From assembly GCA_017654855.1 (NCBI GenBank), contig CM030335.1, positions 3,162,001 to 3,226,000 on the forward strand: DNA of 64,000 nucleotides, given 5' to 3'. The translations under genes were made by a program, and so were the position numbers. The stretch is from Podospora anserina (taxonomy: Eukaryota). Of this stretch, positions 61,104-64,000 are shown one piece after another. Every line of letters begins with the position of its first letter. Position 1 is the stretch's first letter. Under the pieces are notes generated by a model that worked only from the letters and a program-made list of their open reading frames with translations, ran no database searches and was not told the DNA's origin.

Positions 61104-62266
61104 ATGCTCGTCGGACAGACTACCGTTCGCGCCCTCCTCAGCGGCATTGCCATGAACCACCTCGAGATGGTCCCCGAGACGTCTCCCAACCCGGGCGGTC
61201 TCAGATTCTTGAGGTTGACCAGACAGACCGGCACATGCAGATCAGGAGAGAAGTGGTGTTTGGATGGGTGCATTCCGCTCAGCGGTGTCTGCTGCATATC
61301 ACGAGGCACATATTGCGATGCTGGTTACTACTGCATGGCTGTTTCTGGGTGCTGCCGGGTATGTTGACTTTTTATTGTACAATGACTTACGAAGTGATAC
61401 TGACGAAGACCATAGGAGGGACGAACATGCAGCGGCGTCGGTGGGACTTGCGATCCGGGGGAAGTGATGTGCAATAGGGGGTATGTTCTTATCTTTATCT
61501 CACACTTGATATGTTTATTTAACCTTTCTTCAACAGATGCATGCCCTCTAGTGGTGTCTGCTGCCCAGGCGGAGGCTATTGCGATGCCGGTTACGAATGC
61601 ACAACAACCAACACATGCCGACGCGCTGGCAGTGGTGGTGGAGGAAGCAGTGGTGGCGGTTCTAGCGGAGGGAGCACCACAACCTGCGGTGCTGGACGCA
61701 AGAGATGTGACACTGGCTACTGCATCCCTGAAGATGGGACGTGCTGCAACAGAGGAACTGGACGTTACTGCGAGGTACGTATGCTCTCTTCTAACCCCTA
61801 TCCAGTTTCCAGTTGGTCGAACGTTTAACTAAGTCCTTGATGTCAGGATGGCTACTACTGCCTCACAGGAAGTGGCTGCTGCAGAGACGGAAGAACGTGC
61901 CGACCAAACACGTCTCTCACAGAGGACCCTATCACGTTCACCACGCCCACTACCACGTCGACTCCAAGGGCTCTTCCAACCCCCGATGGCGAAGACGATG
62001 TTGACAGCGGAGCACCGGAGCCAACTGCTAGTTTTGGTGGAATTGATGACCTGATCGATGCCACCACAACCACCACCACAAGCCCAACAGCCACAGGGAC
62101 TCTTCCGATCCCGCCTGCCATCACCAACGCTCTTCCCGGAGGCGGGAATGGTAACGATAATGTTAATGGTAATGGAGGAACTGGCGCCGGTATCAGATCG
62201 GTGGAGGTACCCCTGGCAGGGTGCGTCATGGGTCTGATGGTAGGTGTGTTTGGTCTGCTGCTTTAA
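61104..62266 (+). CDS. Cys-rich repeat, Thr-rich, probably GPI-anchored surface protein (325 aa)
   Basis: Exons 61104-61358, 61416-61480, 61537-61774 and 61847-62266. Three Cys modules (CIPLSGVCC...YCDAGYYC; CMPSSGVCC...YCDAGYEC; CIPEDGTCC...YCEDGYYC), a Thr/Pro stalk and a hydrophobic C-terminus VPLAGCVMGLMVGVFGLLL. Confidence 0.85.
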
Positions 62267-62508
62267 GCACATGCAACCCAACTCATTATTACCCTCAATG
62301 TTTATACGAGACGAAGACGGATAGATACCAGTTCATATCTTTCTTTCGTGCTTCAGGTAGCCTAATACTAGTAAAATAATTTTGCTCTGGCTTTGTCGGA
62401 CAGCGCAGAGGACCACCCCCTTTCCACCCCTATTGTGATATCATAACAGACAAGAAGAGCAGCAATAATATAAGGGCTGCATCTGACTGCAAACAACATC
62501 GCAAGATA

Positions 62509-62582
62509 TCCTCTGTGGCGCAATTGGCTAGCGCGTCTGACTGTTAATCAGGAGGTTGGAAGTTCGAGCCTTCCCGGAGGAG
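62509..62582 (+). tRNA. tRNA-Asn(GTT), intronless
   Basis: Acceptor stem TCCTCTG/CGGAGGA, D arm GCGC/GCGC, anticodon arm TCTGA-CTGTTAA-TCAGG, T loop GTTCGAG; T-run terminator about 10 nt downstream. Confidence 0.95.
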
Positions 62583-63161
62583 TTCTGATATCTTTTTCTC
62601 TGGCTCTACCTGACAATATGAAGATTGAAGTTATTTGGTGGGGAAACCATAACTTTTTGGCTGTTGGTGGTCAGTTTTTTTGCAGATGGTGCGGATTCTG
62701 TCTGCTCTGCTCAAAGTGAGGCTATTCCCAGCACCATACCTCTCAACTTTTTCTTGGCTTTCCAATGTTGACCCAAGCGGGTTTTTAACTGCGGGTATCC
62801 TTGTTTGAAACTCGCAAGCAGATGAGATTGGAATGAAGTGACTTAATCCAGGATAATGAATGGTCATATACAGGCTGTCAAAAAAAAGATGAAATGCATC
62901 TTTCCATGTCAAATTGAAGTAGTCCTGCATCTTGATTCTTGAGTCTGTTGAAGAAAGAACGATCGAATGCAGAGAAGTGGAGCCCACATGGAGTGGGACC
63001 GTCTGTCGCAGAAAAGAAGAGAACGGAACGAACGCACCTTGTCTTTCGCAAAGGAGGAAGGAACAAGTGCATGATCACAAAACTTTATGAGAAAGGGGGC
63101 AAAACGCCAAAAACAAACATCGCCAGCACACACTGCAAAAGATGTTGGCGATAGAATCGAA

Positions 63162-63233
63162 CTCCGGTACGGGGAATCGAACCCCGAGCTTCGCGGTGAA
63201 AACGCGATATGTTAACCGTTACACTATACCGGA
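63162..63233 (-). tRNA. tRNA-Glu(TTC), intronless
   Basis: Reverse strand: acceptor stem TCCGGTA/TACCGGA, anticodon arm TCGCG-TTTTCAC-CGCGA, T arm CGGGG-TTCGATT-CCCCG. Confidence 0.95.
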
Positions 63234-63532
63234 TTCAGCGGTGAATCGCTTGTTGTTGATGAGAGCGTGGGAATCAAGCCACATGTATTCCCCCTCACGA
63301 AACGAAGCCAAAGTCAAAAGCACAGGAGAGAGGTGCCAGGGTCTTGTTTCAAATATATCTTCTCGTAAGGTGGTGGTGGACTTTTCAAGACTACACAGCA
63401 AATTCGAGGGAGCTTCTTATGTAACTGTCCAATCTCAAGGCTCTGGGAAGAGAATGAAAACATACGTGCATCTACCAAACCATTGAAGATTCTATTTAAA
63501 AACTACAGTGACAGATATGCACCCTTCAGCGC

Positions 63533-64000
63533 TCACTCGTGGTCCGCAGACCTTTCGGTCAATGCATCACCAAGGTGCTCAAGGGGAGACACGACAACCT
63601 TCCTGAATCTGCTGCATTTTGCTCCCTCGAAAGTATTGACACTTCCAAAGCCTTCTCCCCACGTTAGATTTGGACCTATCTCGTCTGTATCTAGACAGGT
63701 CAAACACGCAGCCACAATTTGAGCGTACCTTTCCCCCATATACACTGGTAGCTCCCTCCTCGCAATCTCCACTAGGTTCTGCTTGACGACGACTGCCTTC
63801 GTAGTTTTCTTCTTCTATGTTTATGCCGGCAGCTTTCCCCAGCGCACTCGGTTTCAACCTGCCATCTTTCAGCACCGAAAATGACCTCCACAGCCCAATC
63901 TCAAGGAGGCAAACGCCCATGCTGTAGATATCGTGGCCCATTTTGGCGGTTGCTTCGGTCCGACCGTGTTGTTCGGGGTGTCGATAGACATCTCTCGTCC
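63533..64000 (-). pseudogene. 3' end of a fungal kinase-like domain gene of the type often fused to HeLo/HET-s-LopB domains; frame break, truncated by the window edge
   Basis: YRHPEQHG...HDIYSMGVCLLEIGLWRSF in one frame and VKQNLVEIARRELPVYMGERYAQIVAACLTCLD in another; the switch lies near 63795-63845. Confidence 0.7.

Noticed and set aside
1..64000. Stop-codon readthrough to a cryptic peroxisomal signal (TGA-CTA ... SKL)
   Set aside because: Stops of the amidase, COQ5, BCKDH E1-alpha, P450, FAD oxidase and ICMT-like genes lack the readthrough context, and the extensions I read gave no PTS1.

Overview
Gene-dense eukaryotic DNA from a filamentous ascomycete. Short GT-AG introns with RCTRAC branch points, HET/HeLo-type relics and gene style point to Sordariales, probably Podospora-like (inference). 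A conserved core from about 9.2 to 58.8 kb holds NCR1/NPC1, a CUE2-like Smr nuclease, an amidase, ZDS1, a DUF2433-like phosphoesterase/RGG protein, COQ5, branched-chain keto-acid dehydrogenase E1-alpha, the HECT ligase UFD4, an uncharacterised PUA/ASCH-like SQ/TQ-rich protein, SEC3, a cytochrome P450 and an FAD-linked oxidase, plus two small orphan genes. A REI1/TRI15-like zinc-finger gene and an ICMT-family gene lie at the left end. There are two accessory zones. The first (about 2.8-9 kb) has a decayed HET-6-like relic and an ORF broken only by two in-frame stops. The second (about 59-64 kb) has an AT-rich relic, a Cys-rich GPI protein, tRNA-Asn, tRNA-Glu and a HeLo-type kinase-like tail. 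Exon structures were built by hand and checked for frame. Family calls come from motif recognition, not database searches. I found no CRISPR array, rRNA or intact transposon. The best leads are the MCB-preceded PUA/ASCH-like SQ/TQ protein, the double-stop ORF, a Kex2-site CxxxCxxxC secreted precursor, the DUF2433-like pseudo-phosphoesterase, the UFD4 leader, and a C-to-G skew that appears to reset at introns.
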